NCBI GenBank assembly: GCA_963833985.1
Contig: CAWIAD010000002.1
Span: 736,001 to 800,000, forward strand
From: an uncultured Planctomycetaceae bacterium
GTDB lineage: Bacteria; Planctomycetota; Planctomycetia; Isosphaerales; Isosphaeraceae
Direction of reading: 5' to 3'
Length of the DNA stretch: 64,000 nt
Both the position numbers and the translations under genes were made by a program. The notes under the pieces were generated by a model. The model did not search any database, had not been told where the DNA came from, and was given only the letters and a program-made list of their open reading frames with translations. This document shows, in pieces, positions 10,214-20,749 of the stretch. Position 1 is the stretch's first letter, and each line of letters begins with the position of its first letter.

Positions 10214-10548
10214 TATTTGTAGGGTGCCTCAAGCGCAGCGACGACGCACCAGTGGGATAGCCGGGGGTCGCGAATCGGTACGTCGTCGCTCCGCTCGACA
10301 CACCGTACGCGCTAGACGGCACACTCAATCCCGTGCCGTCGATGTCAGTCACGTTCCTCTTGCTCTACCGGCGAGGTTGACGAACGGGGTATTTGTAGGG
10401 TGCCTCAAGCGCAGCGACGACGCACCAGTCGCCTTGCCCACGCCGTGACTCGGTGCGTCGTCGCTCCGAGGGATTGCGTGAAGGTGTCGCGGGTTGGGTG
10501 CGAGCCGGCGCACCTCAGCTAGACGGTGGGTTGCGCTGAACCCTCTAC
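10214..10548. repeat. Cluster of REP-like palindromes in alternating orientation (REPIN/BIME-like)
   Basis: TATTTGTAGGGTGCCTCAAGCGCAGCGACGACGCACCAGT identical at 10214-10253 and 10390-10429; inverted relatives at 10276-10308 and 10451-10469; degenerate GTAG element on the minus strand at 10524-10548. Confidence 0.85.
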
Positions 10549-10789
10549 GTGTTTGGCTCCGGTCGTGCGGATGAGAATAAAGGCCGATCTGGCAACGGCG
10601 GGAGAATGCAGGCGGGTGCTGACATGGCCGACGCCTGATGCCGGGGGCAGAAGGATACGGCCCGCTCACAAGACGACGCCGTTGACCCCTCTCTCGGTCG
10701 CAGTTAACCTTTGGTTGGACAACTGTCGTTTATTGCTTGCCACCGCTTCTCCGCGTCTTCCGCATATTGTCATGGAAGGAGCAAGTGCC

Positions 10790-13700
10790 ATGAACGTGAT
10801 CTTGCCATTACTCTTCTGGGCGATGGCCGAGCTTCCCGCATCGGCCGATGTGGCGCCGGTTCCGGTCGCGGGCGTGGTGGTTGATGCATCGGGACGGCCG
10901 GCTCAGAATGCGGAAGTCTGGCTGACGCGCGCGGTCCGATCCGAGGACGAGCGCCGATCGGCCGGGGCCCTTTCGTGGCATGCCTTTATCAGGAATGACG
11001 AAAGCACCGTCGCGGTTCGCTCGCGAACCGATGAGCAAGGGCGATTCCGGATCGAGGTATCGGCCGCGATCGCGGCCCGGTCCGACCCGATCGCCCTGGC
11101 AGTGTGGGCGTTTCATGGCGAGGAGGCGGTGACCATACGCCGCCTGCCGCGCGCGCTCAGGGCCGACGATCCACCGGACCGCTTGCCGCTCGGTACGGCC
11201 ACGCGCAGCAAGTGGGAAATCCATGGTCCCGACGGGCAGCCGATCGCCAGCGCCCGCGTGCGGCCCGCGGAAGTGCGTGAGATTCCGCTGCCGGAGGCTC
11301 TCGCCCGCCAGCTCGAGGTGACAACCGATCCCGAGGGCCGGTGCACGCTGCCGGGTTTGCCCCGCGACGCCATCGGCGCACTGCGGGTCCAGTCGCCCGC
11401 GTCGGGCATTCAGCATGTTGCCGTGAGCGGGAACACGAGCACAACGCTCACCCTGGCCCAGGTGGGGCGGGTCGCCGGCCGGCTGGTGGCACCCGAGGGT
11501 TTCGCACAGCCGATCCAAGGCGTCAGGATCCGGGTCCGGTCGCAGGTCGGCGGGTTCGACGGCTCGGGCATCTCGGGCGAGGCCGAGGCGGCGTGTGACG
11601 CGTCCGGGAACTTCGAGATCCCCGCAATCGCCGCGGGATTGCTCACGGTCGAGATCCTCTTTGATCGCGAACACGGCACACCCCTGCGCGGTGAGCCGCC
11701 GCGTGGACTGGTTCTCCGCGCGGGTTCGAGCGTCGAGGTCGCGATCCCCTTGCGCGCCACGGTACTGGTCCGGGGCGTGGTGCGCGACAAGGAGACGAAG
11801 AAGCCGGTCGCCGGGGTCAAGCTGGTGATGAACGGGGAGATGGGCGGAGACACGTTTGCCATCTCGGACGCCGCCGGGAACTACTCGGCGCACGTGGTCC
11901 GCGGGGTGGGCCAGCCGTTCGGCTGGGCGATCCAGGTTCCGCGGCCATTCTTTGAGCCCAGGGGGGCACGCGAGACGCCCCAGTCAATGCCCGCGCGTGA
12001 CCGTGCCGAGCTGGAGTTGCCTCCCATCGAACTCACACGCGGCCTCGATCTCGCGGGCGTTGTGGTCGACGAGTCTGGTAAGCCCGTGGGCGACGCCGAC
12101 GTTGAAGTGGTGTACGGCCAGGAGAACCTGACTCGCGCGGATCCGCAGGGACGGTTCCTGCTGCGCGGCGTTGATCCACGGCTCGACCTGAAGATCGAGG
12201 CCCGCAAGGGTGCTGCCACGTCGGGACGGACCACGATCGTGCGCGCGGGGAACCTGGCGACAGGCGCGCTTTCGCTCACGCTCCACGAAGCTCCATGGGG
12301 AGGCATTCGCGGCCGGGTCGTCGATCGAGCGGGCCAGCCCATCGAGCGCACCGCGGTGCGGATCTGGCGGCAGATCCCCATCGAAGGACGCACGTTTCTG
12401 AGAGAGCCGGCGGCCGGAGAGGACGGCGCAATCGTCTTCCGCACGGACGCCAACGGCCGGTTTCGGAGCACGCGTCCCTTGCCGCTGGGCGACGACTATG
12501 TCGTCGAGGTGACGGCTTCCGGGCACCTCCCGGCGCGAACTGCGGCCATCCGGCTTGCCGGCGGTGATCAGGCAGTTCCAGACATCACGCTGCCGGGCCT
12601 GCGGACGGTGACCGGCCAGGTCGCCGATCGAACGGGCAGGCCGCTCGGTGGTGTGCGAGTGCTTCAGTCGGGCGATGGACCGCTGCGCACGGAGACCACC
12701 ACCGATGAGAGCGGGCGGTTCCAGCTTGGCGGCGTGATGGAGGGCCCGGCGTTCGTGTTCGCCTCCAGGGAAGGGTACCGATCCGGCTTCCAGGCCATCG
12801 GTGCGGACAGCACGCCGGTCAAGCTCACACTTCTGCGCGGCGACGAACCGCCGATCCGAAAGTACAGGACCCTGGACTCTGCCTTGCCGGCTGATCAAGA
12901 GAAGACCTTGGCCCGGCGGCTCATCGAGCCGTACGTCCGGCGCGTGCTGGACCACGGATCGGACCAGCAAAAGTTTCGCATGGTCATGAACGCGGCGCAG
13001 GTCGATGCTCTGGTGCTGCTCGATAAGTTCGAGACGATCAAGTTCAGGAATTCCGACTTTTCGCATCTGGCGCGCGTCCGGTTCGTGGAAGGCCTGGCGA
13101 AGGAGAACCCGGACGAAGCACTCGCACAGGCCGAGGTGAGTACACTGCCCGAGGCGCGCGCGATCAGTTACGTGAGCATCTGGGAGCTGCAGCCCGAACT
13201 GGACAGGGCCAAGGTCCGCGAGCTGGTGGATCAGGCACTGCTGAACGCGCGGGCGATCAAGTCGCCCGAGCAGAGGATCGCCATCAGCGCGGATCGCCGA
13301 CAAGCTCATCGACCTGGGAGAAAAAGAGCCGGCGCAAGCTGCTCACCGAGGCAGAAGCGCTGGCGGGCTCCACCAGGAAGGGCAAGACCAGGGATTTCAA
13401 CCTGATCAGCGTCGCCGAGGCCCTGGCGCGGCTGGACCCGCCCGCGGCACTCAGGCTGCTCGATGACTTCGAGCAGGAAATTCGCAAGAATAATAAAATC
13501 GATTTGACGTATGTATTTGTGAGAGGCTATGGAACCACGGCGTACAAGATCGCGGCCGGGGCGCCGGAGGTCGCGGAGCAGATCCTCCAGAAGATCCGCG
13601 GCCTCGATCCTCGCCAGCCCAACAACTACGTCGTCGCCGTGTGCTCCAGAATGGCACCCACCGACCTGCCGCGCCCGGCGCATCGCCGCGACGATGTTCG

Positions 13701-14335
13701 ATGACAGGACGATCGGGATGCAACCTTATGCCCTGGGACTGATGGCACAGGCGGTTGCCGCGTCCGACCGGCCGGCAGCCGTGGGCCTGCTAGAGGCCGC
13801 ATTCCATGAGCTGGAGCAACAGCAGCCAACCCGGAGCGGCACGACGCTTCATGGAAAAGCACAGCTCGCCGGTGCGCTCTTGCCCGTGGTCGAGGATGTC
13901 GAACCGGATCGCTTGCCCGAGTTCACCGCCCGAGCCATTGCGCTGCGCGAGCCCTGGCTCGACGGCAGTAGTGTGGCTGAACACGCTGAGGAGATCGCCC
14001 AGATCGCGATGATGATTGCCCGTTATGACCGTGAGCTGGCGTTGCATCTGCTCGAGCCCCAGGTCAAGCAGCTCGCGATGGTCCGCGGTCCGGCCGGCTC
14101 CGACTTCACCTCGTTCCGGGTGCTCGCGGCGCTGGCCCTGATCGACCCGCGCCGGGCTGTCGAGCTGGCGGAAAGCCTCCCCGACGATCCGGCGCCTGGC
14201 CTCGACGAGAACACGCCCAAGAACCTTGCCCGAATACAGCTCGCCGTGTTGCTCGCCGCGCACGGCAAGGCGCGCTGGCAGCAGGTTTACGACAGTTATC
14301 TGAACCTCTGGACTCCGGGACAACGCTATCTCTGA
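10790..14335 (+). CDS. Large secreted protein with repeated carboxypeptidase-regulatory-like beta-sandwich domains and a helical C-terminus (about 3 frameshifts near 13287, 13333, 13672)
   Basis: RBS GGAAGGAG before ATG 10790; repeated G-x-V-x-D-x-x-G-x-P motifs; pieces in three frames are collinear with the intact paralogue at 14362. Confidence 0.8.
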
Positions 14336-14361
14336 GAAGGAGGCTCAAGGAGACCGCGATC

Positions 14362-17300
14362 ATGGCTGCTCTCGCGCTGCTTTTCTCAATCACGCTTTCG
14401 GCCCAGCTTGCACCCTCGGCCGATCCCCGGCCGGTGCCTGTCTCGGGCATCGTCCTCGATTCCGCCGGCAAACCGGCGGCCGGTGTCACGGTCTGGCTGA
14501 TCGACGGCTTGCCCGCCGAGGCGTTCCGCTGGTTTGGCGACGAGCTTCGCGTGGCGCCTTACGCCGGGCCCGGCGTGGGTCTGCCGAGGATTCGAGTGGA
14601 AACGCGAACCGACGCTTCAGGCCGGTTCGCGCTCGAGGTTCCGGCCAGCTTCATCGCCCGCCGCTGGCAGAATCCCCTGGTCCTCCTGGCCCATCAGCCG
14701 GGGACACCGCTCGCGATCCATCGGCTGCCAGGGCCGCTGGGACAGGATCCTGCGCCGGTTGACTTGCCGCTTCAGGCCGGCGAGGGAACGGCGCTGCGGG
14801 TGCTGGCCCCTGCCGGAACGCCGGTCGCCGGGGCGATCGTCGAGCCGCGCGATCTCGATGACGTGCCGCTCGATGTTCTTCTGGGCGGTCCGCTCGGCGG
14901 CACGACCGACAGCCAGGGCCGCGTGGTGCTGGCGTCGGTGCCGCGCGGCCTGTTGCGGGAGGTCGCGGTCACGGCGCCTGGTCTTGGCACCCAGCGCCTG
15001 CGGATCGATGGCGATCCGGCGGCGGACCTCCGGCTTACGCCGGTGGGAAGACTGGCGGGACGCCTGGTGGCACAGGGAAACGAGCCAATCCGCGGGGTGA
15101 GCATCAAGGCCACAACGCTCGTGGGGGGATTCGCGGGCACGGGCCGAAGCGGCTGGGCCCAGGCGGCGGCCGATGCCTCCGGCCGGTTCGAGATCCCGGC
15201 CATCGCCGCGGGGATGCTCACGCTGGAAGTCGTGCTGGACCCCAGAGCGGGTGCCAGGCTCTGCACCGAGCCCCATCGCGGGATCGTCGTGGCGGACGGG
15301 ACGACGACCGAGCTCACCATCCCGCTCCTCCCGTCCGTCCGGATCGCGGGATCGGTCCAGGAACAGGGGACGAATCGTCCCATAACCGGCGCTCTGGTGC
15401 AACTGGACGGGATGTTCGGCGGCGACTGTTTCGCGGTGACCGATTCCGGCGGCAAGTATGAGGGCTTCATCGCTCGCGAGAATTTTCAGCCTTACGGCTG
15501 GACGATTCGCGAGCCGATCCCATTCTTCTTTCCCACGGTGATCAAGGACACCTATCAGCGCATGCCGCCGCCGGGAACCGATGAGCTCGTGATCCCGCCT
15601 CTCGAGCGGCCGCGCGGAGTCGACGTGCCCGGCCGCGTCGTGGATGACATGGGGCGCGCCGTCGCGGGTGCCACGGTGGAAGGAACCTGGCGGCACGGCA
15701 CGGGCCGAACCCAGCTCGCAATGGCTCGCGCCGATGCCCAGGGCCGGTTCGTCCTCCACGGGGTCGATCCCGCGGCCGAGTTGACCTACCGCGCCTGGCG
15801 GGGTGATTTGTGCACGTCCGGGACGACCACGGCGCAGGCCTCCGCCGCGCTCACGAAGCCCGTCACGCTGAGCATCACGCCCAAGGCTGCCGCGCAGCTC
15901 GGCGGCCGGGTGCTCGACACCGCAGGCCAGCCAATCGCCGGCGCAGCGGTGCGAGTCTGGCGCGTGGGCCGCGGCAAGGACGGCGGTGTGACCGAGCTGG
16001 AACCGATCCTGTCCGGGGACGGACGCGCGATTGTCCGGAGCGGATCGGATGGCCGCTACCAGACACTCAGAAAGGTTCACCTCCCCGACGAGTTCTTCGC
16101 CGAGGTCCAGGCGCCGGGACGGCTTGGCGATCGGTCACTCACGGTCCTCGTGGCCGATGAGAAGCAAGAGATCCCATCTGTGATCCTCCGCCGGGTCGGT
16201 TCGATCTCCGGCCAGGTGGTCGACCGCCAGGGCCAGCCCGTGGCCGGTGCCCTGGTGCGGCAAGCGGGTGATGGACCGATGCCGACGGAGGCGACCACGA
16301 ACGTGCAGGGCCGGTTCGAGCTTCCTGGCGTGCGCTCAGGACCGGCGATCGTGACGGTCTCGAAACCGGGCTACCGAATCGAGCCCCATCTCGTTGCAGA
16401 CAGCCAGGCGCCCGACCGACCCGTCCTGACGCGCAGCGATGAGCCGGCCGCGCGCGCGTACAGCACCCTCCCTCCGGCCATGACCGCCGAGCAGGAACTC
16501 GCGCTGATCCGCCGGCTCGTTTCGCCGCTGGCCAGGCGGATCCTCAAGGAGGGGACCGAGGACGACCGGCGCAGGATCATGAGCAGTCTCGCGGAAATCG
16601 ATCCCGCATGGGCCCTGGAGCATCTGGATTCGGTCAAGTTCGCCGATCCGGACGCTCCCGACGAGGTTCGAGCGAGCATCGCCGGCGCCCTGCTACGCGA
16701 CGACGCCGACGAGGCCGCCACGGTCATCGAGAGCATCAAAAGCCCAGCGCAGAAGGTTTTTGTTTACGCCAGTAGCGCGCGGGAACTGCTGAAGCGCGAC
16801 CCAGCCCGAGCCCGGCAGTATCTCGACCAGGCGATCGTGAATCTCAGGTTAGCCAGTCCACGAAGCCAGGTCTTCTCGACGCAGACCATCAGTGACCTGC
16901 TCGTCGATCTCGGCGAGACGCAGCGTGCCCGCCAGTGGCTCAAGGACCAGCGGCAAAAGTTTGAATCGCTCTACACCGGGGGGCAACGGAGCTATTACAT
17001 CGCAAGCCAGATTCTTGTTCCGATGGCCCGGATCGACGCGCCTGCCGCGCTGGCGGAATTCGAGACGCTGCGACGCAACGTTGAGCGCGAATCGAATCCA
17101 CGCGACCCAATAGTATTCGATAGACAGCTGGATAAGATCGCCTTTCACCTTGCCGATCGATCGCCCGCGGAGGCGGAACGGCTGCTGCGGAGGGTCGCAT
17201 CCTCAGGGGAATCGATCCGTTCCCTCGATGGCCTGGTCCTCGGGATCTGCCGGCGGATGGCCGCCAGAGACTTGCCCCGCGCCAGGAGCCTCACCGGACT

Positions 17301-17946
17301 GATCGGCAACGCGGAGATCGAAGAGAAGGCATTCGCCCTCGGTCTCATGGCCGGGGCGATTGCCCAGGCTGAGAAAACGACGGCGCTTCGCCTGCTCGAT
17401 GAGGCGTACACCGAGCTCGAGCGGCAGAGAGCACGCGGCAGGGTCAGCCAGTTCTGCACGATCGCGGGTGTGGCCGGTGGTTTACTGCCCATCGTCGAGC
17501 AGGTCGACGCCAGCCGCTTGCCCGAATATCTGTCGCGGGCCATCGCGCTGCGGCCCCTGCCGGGCGCGTGGAGCGAGGGCTCGTACATCCCCAACCAGAA
17601 CGCGCGGCTGGCGATGATGGTGGCGCGCTACGACCGGAAGCTGGCCGCTCTGGTCATACAGCCGGACCTCGATCGTCTGGGCAAGCTCTGGTTGTCGGCC
17701 CACGGAATCGAACTGCGAACTCGCGTCACCCTCTGTGCCCTGGCCCTGGTTGATCCGCTCAGGGCCGTGGAGATGATCGAAAGTCTGCCGGAGAGCCCGG
17801 GCCCGGGGCTGAATGGGTTCACTCCGGGCGAGAACGACATCCGCATCGATTGTGCCCGGCTGCTGTCGCTGCGCGGTGACGACCGCTGGCGGCAGGTCTA
17901 TCAACAGTTCCTCCTGGTCTGGACGCCGGACCAGGAATTGCGCTGA
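14362..17946 (+). CDS. Large secreted protein with repeated carboxypeptidase-regulatory-like domains (paralogue of the upstream gene)
   Basis: 1194-aa ORF, AAGGAG RBS, signal-peptide-like N-terminus, repeats GIVLDSAGKP / GRVVDDMGRAV / GRVLDTAGQP / GQVVDRQGQP. Confidence 0.85.
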   Translation: MAALALLFSITLSAQLAPSADPRPVPVSGIVLDSAGKPAAGVTVWLIDGLPAEAFRWFGDELRVAPYAGPGVGLPRIRVETRTDASGRFALEVPASFIARRWQNPLVLLAHQPGTPLAIHRLPGPLGQDPAPVDLPLQAGEGTALRVLAPAGTPVAGAIVEPRDLDDVPLDVLLGGPLGGTTDSQGRVVLASVPRGLLREVAVTAPGLGTQRLRIDGDPAADLRLTPVGRLAGRLVAQGNEPIRGVSIKATTLVGGFAGTGRSGWAQAAADASGRFEIPAIAAGMLTLEVVLDPRAGARLCTEPHRGIVVADGTTTELTIPLLPSVRIAGSVQEQGTNRPITGALVQLDGMFGGDCFAVTDSGGKYEGFIARENFQPYGWTIREPIPFFFPTVIKDTYQRMPPPGTDELVIPPLERPRGVDVPGRVVDDMGRAVAGATVEGTWRHGTGRTQLAMARADAQGRFVLHGVDPAAELTYRAWRGDLCTSGTTTAQASAALTKPVTLSITPKAAAQLGGRVLDTAGQPIAGAAVRVWRVGRGKDGGVTELEPILSGDGRAIVRSGSDGRYQTLRKVHLPDEFFAEVQAPGRLGDRSLTVLVADEKQEIPSVILRRVGSISGQVVDRQGQPVAGALVRQAGDGPMPTEATTNVQGRFELPGVRSGPAIVTVSKPGYRIEPHLVADSQAPDRPVLTRSDEPAARAYSTLPPAMTAEQELALIRRLVSPLARRILKEGTEDDRRRIMSSLAEIDPAWALEHLDSVKFADPDAPDEVRASIAGALLRDDADEAATVIESIKSPAQKVFVYASSARELLKRDPARARQYLDQAIVNLRLASPRSQVFSTQTISDLLVDLGETQRARQWLKDQRQKFESLYTGGQRSYYIASQILVPMARIDAPAALAEFETLRRNVERESNPRDPIVFDRQLDKIAFHLADRSPAEAERLLRRVASSGESIRSLDGLVLGICRRMAARDLPRARSLTGLIGNAEIEEKAFALGLMAGAIAQAEKTTALRLLDEAYTELERQRARGRVSQFCTIAGVAGGLLPIVEQVDASRLPEYLSRAIALRPLPGAWSEGSYIPNQNARLAMMVARYDRKLAALVIQPDLDRLGKLWLSAHGIELRTRVTLCALALVDPLRAVEMIESLPESPGPGLNGFTPGENDIRIDCARLLSLRGDDRWRQVYQQFLLVWTPDQELR

Positions 17947-17967
17947 ATACGAGGGAGGTTGCCAATC

Positions 17968-19354
17968 ATGATCGCTCTGCCTCTGACATGTCTCGCCCTC
18001 ACCCTGGCGGGTCTTCCGCCGGGCGATCACAAACCCCAGCCTGCCGCGGAAGCCTGGCAATTCGTGCTGCCGGGGGCTGGCGATCCGTTCGAGCATCCGC
18101 CGTTCCGTGCCATGGTCCTCAGCCGCGACAAGCCGGAGGATGTGAGCGAGAAGGTCGCCTATCGCGGCACGACTCGGCGCTACGGGCAGCTCCGCTACGG
18201 TAGCCCGGGCTCGGTGCGCGTGACGGTCGTGCTCGACGAGATGGGGCCCGGCGACGTCGACCTGTTCGTCGATGCCAATCGCGACCGCAAGATCGATGAC
18301 CGCGACTGCGTCGCTGGAACGAAGAACGGCACGAGCCGTGAACGGGTCTGGCGCATGCCGCTCGACGTGGCCATGGTCGAGGGCGAGGTGACGAAGCTGA
18401 CCCGCCGCGCCCTGATTCTTCGCCTGGGCGCCACCGGGCGGACTCTCGGCTATGCGTCGGCCGGGTATCTCGCGGGGACAGTCCTCATGGAGGGCCAGCC
18501 TCGCTCGGTCCGGCGCATGGATGGCGACGGCAACGGCCTTCTGACCGATGGCCAGGACCGGCTCTGGATTGACCTCAATCACGACGGCCAGTGGGACGCC
18601 GCGTCCGAGCAGTTCCTGTACACGACCATCCTCAACCTGGAAGGGAAGCGGTACGTGCTGCGGTCCGACACGCTCGGCACGCGACTGGCGCTTCGAGCCG
18701 CTCGTCGGCACGGGGAGCGTCCAGCTTGCTCTGGGGACGGGGAAGGCCAAGGCCGCTGAGCTGCACGCGACACTCGTCGGCCGCGACGGGTCGGCGTTTG
18801 GCCTCTCCGGCAACGAGCCGGCGACCGTGCCCGTGGGCGAGTACCGGCTGAGCACGGTCACGGTGACGTTTGATGATCCCCAGGGAGGCCTGAGCTGGTC
18901 GTTCATCTTCTCCGACAACGGCGCGCGAGGCGACCTCAAGTGGTACACCGTCGGCAAGGACCAGCAGCGGTCGATCGACCCGATCGGCACGCTGGAGATG
19001 GCGCTCACCGTGGCCGACAAGGTGAAGGCGGTGAAGCCGGGCGAGGATGTTTCCGTCCAGCCGGCGCTCTACACGGGCGATGGCCTCCTGATCAACGTGG
19101 CCTATCGCGGCACGCCCACGTCGGCCTCGGCCCAGGAATACGCCGGTGCGCTCACCACGCTGGCCACGACCGACGGCCAAACGCTCGGTACTGCGCACTC
19201 GGGCTTTGCCTGAGGCACCTTCTGCGCGGCCTCGGTTCGAGTGCCCCAATCTCAGCCCGCCGGTCCCGTCCAGTTTTCCACCGAATTCAACAGCGGCCCG
19301 CTTGCGGGTGTCCTGCGCAAGGCCGTCACGGTCGAGGTGAACACGAAGCCTTGA
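17968..19354 (+). CDS. Secreted hypothetical protein with Dx[DN]xDG-like loops; probable selenoprotein (in-frame TGA 19211-19213); frameshift near 18690
   Basis: GGGAGG RBS before ATG 17968; DANRDRKID, DGDGNG, DLNHDGQWD; after the TGA the frame stays open for 46 GC3-rich codons (GTFCAASVRVP...SGPLAG...TKP) to TGA 19354. Confidence 0.7.
19214..19245 (+). promoter_or_regulatory. Candidate bacterial SECIS hairpin
   Basis: GGCAC (19214-19218) pairs with GTGCC (19241-19245) immediately 3' of the in-frame UGA. Confidence 0.45.
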
Positions 19355-19391
19355 CCGTGGTTATAATTGGATGTCAAGAAGCCCCGTGCCG

Positions 19392-19797
19392 CCTTCAGGA
19401 GACTGCCATGTTCGATCTGATCAAGAAGACATTGCTCACCGGCGTCGGTCTGGCCGTCATGACCAGGGACAAGGTAGAAGAGCTGGGCAAGGACTTCGCC
19501 TCGCAGGCCAAGCTCTCCGAGATCGAGGGCAAGGAATTTGTCGATCACCTGATGCAGCAGTCCGAGACGGCCCGCAAGGAGTTCGAGACGCGCATCAACT
19601 CCGCCGTGCAGAAAGCCGTCTCGACCTTGAACCTGGCCAGCAAGGACGAGGTCGCGCGGCTCTCGGCGAAGGTCGAGGAACTGACGGCGAAGCTGGATAG
19701 CGGCAAGGCAACGAGCGTTTGAACGCGTGAAGATTATTCGACGGGCGGCCGCACATCGGGCTCGACCTGGTAGCCGCTGGCGAGCGCATTGGTCATG
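19392..19797 (+). repeat. 406-bp direct repeat, copy 1
   Basis: Matches 20750-21155 (offset 1358) with about 6 substitutions; contains the phasin-like gene and the last 64 bp of the CMD gene. Confidence 0.95.
19408..19722 (+). CDS. Phasin-like (polyhydroxyalkanoate synthesis regulator-like) small protein, copy 1
   Basis: MFDLIKKTLLTGVGLAVMTRDKVEEL...LNLASKDEVARL; AGGAG RBS; TATAAT at 19362. Confidence 0.8.
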   Translation: MFDLIKKTLLTGVGLAVMTRDKVEELGKDFASQAKLSEIEGKEFVDHLMQQSETARKEFETRINSAVQKAVSTLNLASKDEVARLSAKVEELTAKLDSGKATSV

Positions 19798-20115
19798 GAA
19801 AGCGGTTCTGGCTGGCCTAAGCTCGCGGCTGCTGATCTGATCAGCCCATCGCGATGTTACCAATCCCTCTGGAGTGAGGTTGCGAAGCGGACATCTCCCA
19901 GAGCCTCCTCCGGCGAATCCTGCTCGCCTGACCGAAAGCAAGCGGCTCCCGATCACGGTCGAGACGACCTTACCATGATCCCCGTCATTGGCCAGATTCA
20001 TTGAGAGCGTCCAGATGCCCGCAAGAGCTTAGGGCTAGACTTAGACTCACCAGCGCTGTAACCGGTGAACCATAACGGAAAACGCACAAACCTATTGTGA
20101 CCGGAAGGGAAACCA

Positions 20116-20307
20116 ATGCCTGAGACGACGATCAAGGACGAAGCCCGCCGCTTGGTGGAGCGTCTGCCAGAGGACGCGACCTGGGAAGACCTCCAGTATG
20201 AGATCTACTTCCGTCAGGCGGTCGAGGCGGGGCTCAAGGATTCTCGCGAAGGGCGCACGGTGTCGCTCGAAGAGGCCCGGCGCCGATTCGGAATTGACCG
20301 GTCATGA
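20116..20307 (+). CDS. Putative antitoxin
   Basis: 63 aa, LVERLPEDATWEDLQYEIY...GLKDSREGRTVSLEEA; ATGA overlap with the downstream toxin. Confidence 0.82.
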   Translation: MPETTIKDEARRLVERLPEDATWEDLQYEIYFRQAVEAGLKDSREGRTVSLEEARRRFGIDRS

Positions 20308-20591
20308 ATGTCCGCTGGACCGAGGCCGCGCTGGCCGACCTGCAAGCCGCGGAGGCATACATCGCCCGGCATTCGGAGCAGTACGCCCGCGTGATGGTCG
20401 AGCGGATCTTCGATCGGAGCGAACTCCTGACCTCGCAGCCCCGGCTTGGACCTGTCATCCCCGAGTACGAGAACGAGACGCTCCGGGAGTTGTTCGTGGA
20501 CCCGTATCGGATCGTCTATCGGCTGCTTGACCACCAGGTGGACATCGTGGCAGTGGTACACGGGGCGAGGCGGATGCCTCGCGGACTCTGA
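20304..20591 (+). CDS. Type II toxin, RelE/ParE family
   Basis: MNVRWTEAALADL...P-x-x-G...RELFVDPYRIVYR...VDIVAVVHGAR. Confidence 0.92.
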   Translation: MNVRWTEAALADLQAAEAYIARHSEQYARVMVERIFDRSELLTSQPRLGPVIPEYENETLRELFVDPYRIVYRLLDHQVDIVAVVHGARRMPRGL

Positions 20592-20749
20592 GCCCGATCG
20601 GATGCCGCCTTTCAGTCTGTTTCAGAGGGATGTCCCTGCCTGGGTGCTTGTGTTGGGTCTTTCGTACCCCATGTCTGGCCTTGGCCCGGCAGCAAATCGT
20701 AAACGGTAATGCGAGGTATAATCGGCTTGGAGTCATCGCGGATTCTCAT

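Noticed and set aside
10526..10789. N-terminal extension of the 959-aa ORF
   Set aside because: Begins inside a REP; ATG 10790 has a strong RBS and aligns with the paralogue's start.
19798..20749. Integron cassette carrying the TA pair
   Set aside because: No convincing attC (RYYYAAC...GTTRRRY) structure and no integrase seen.
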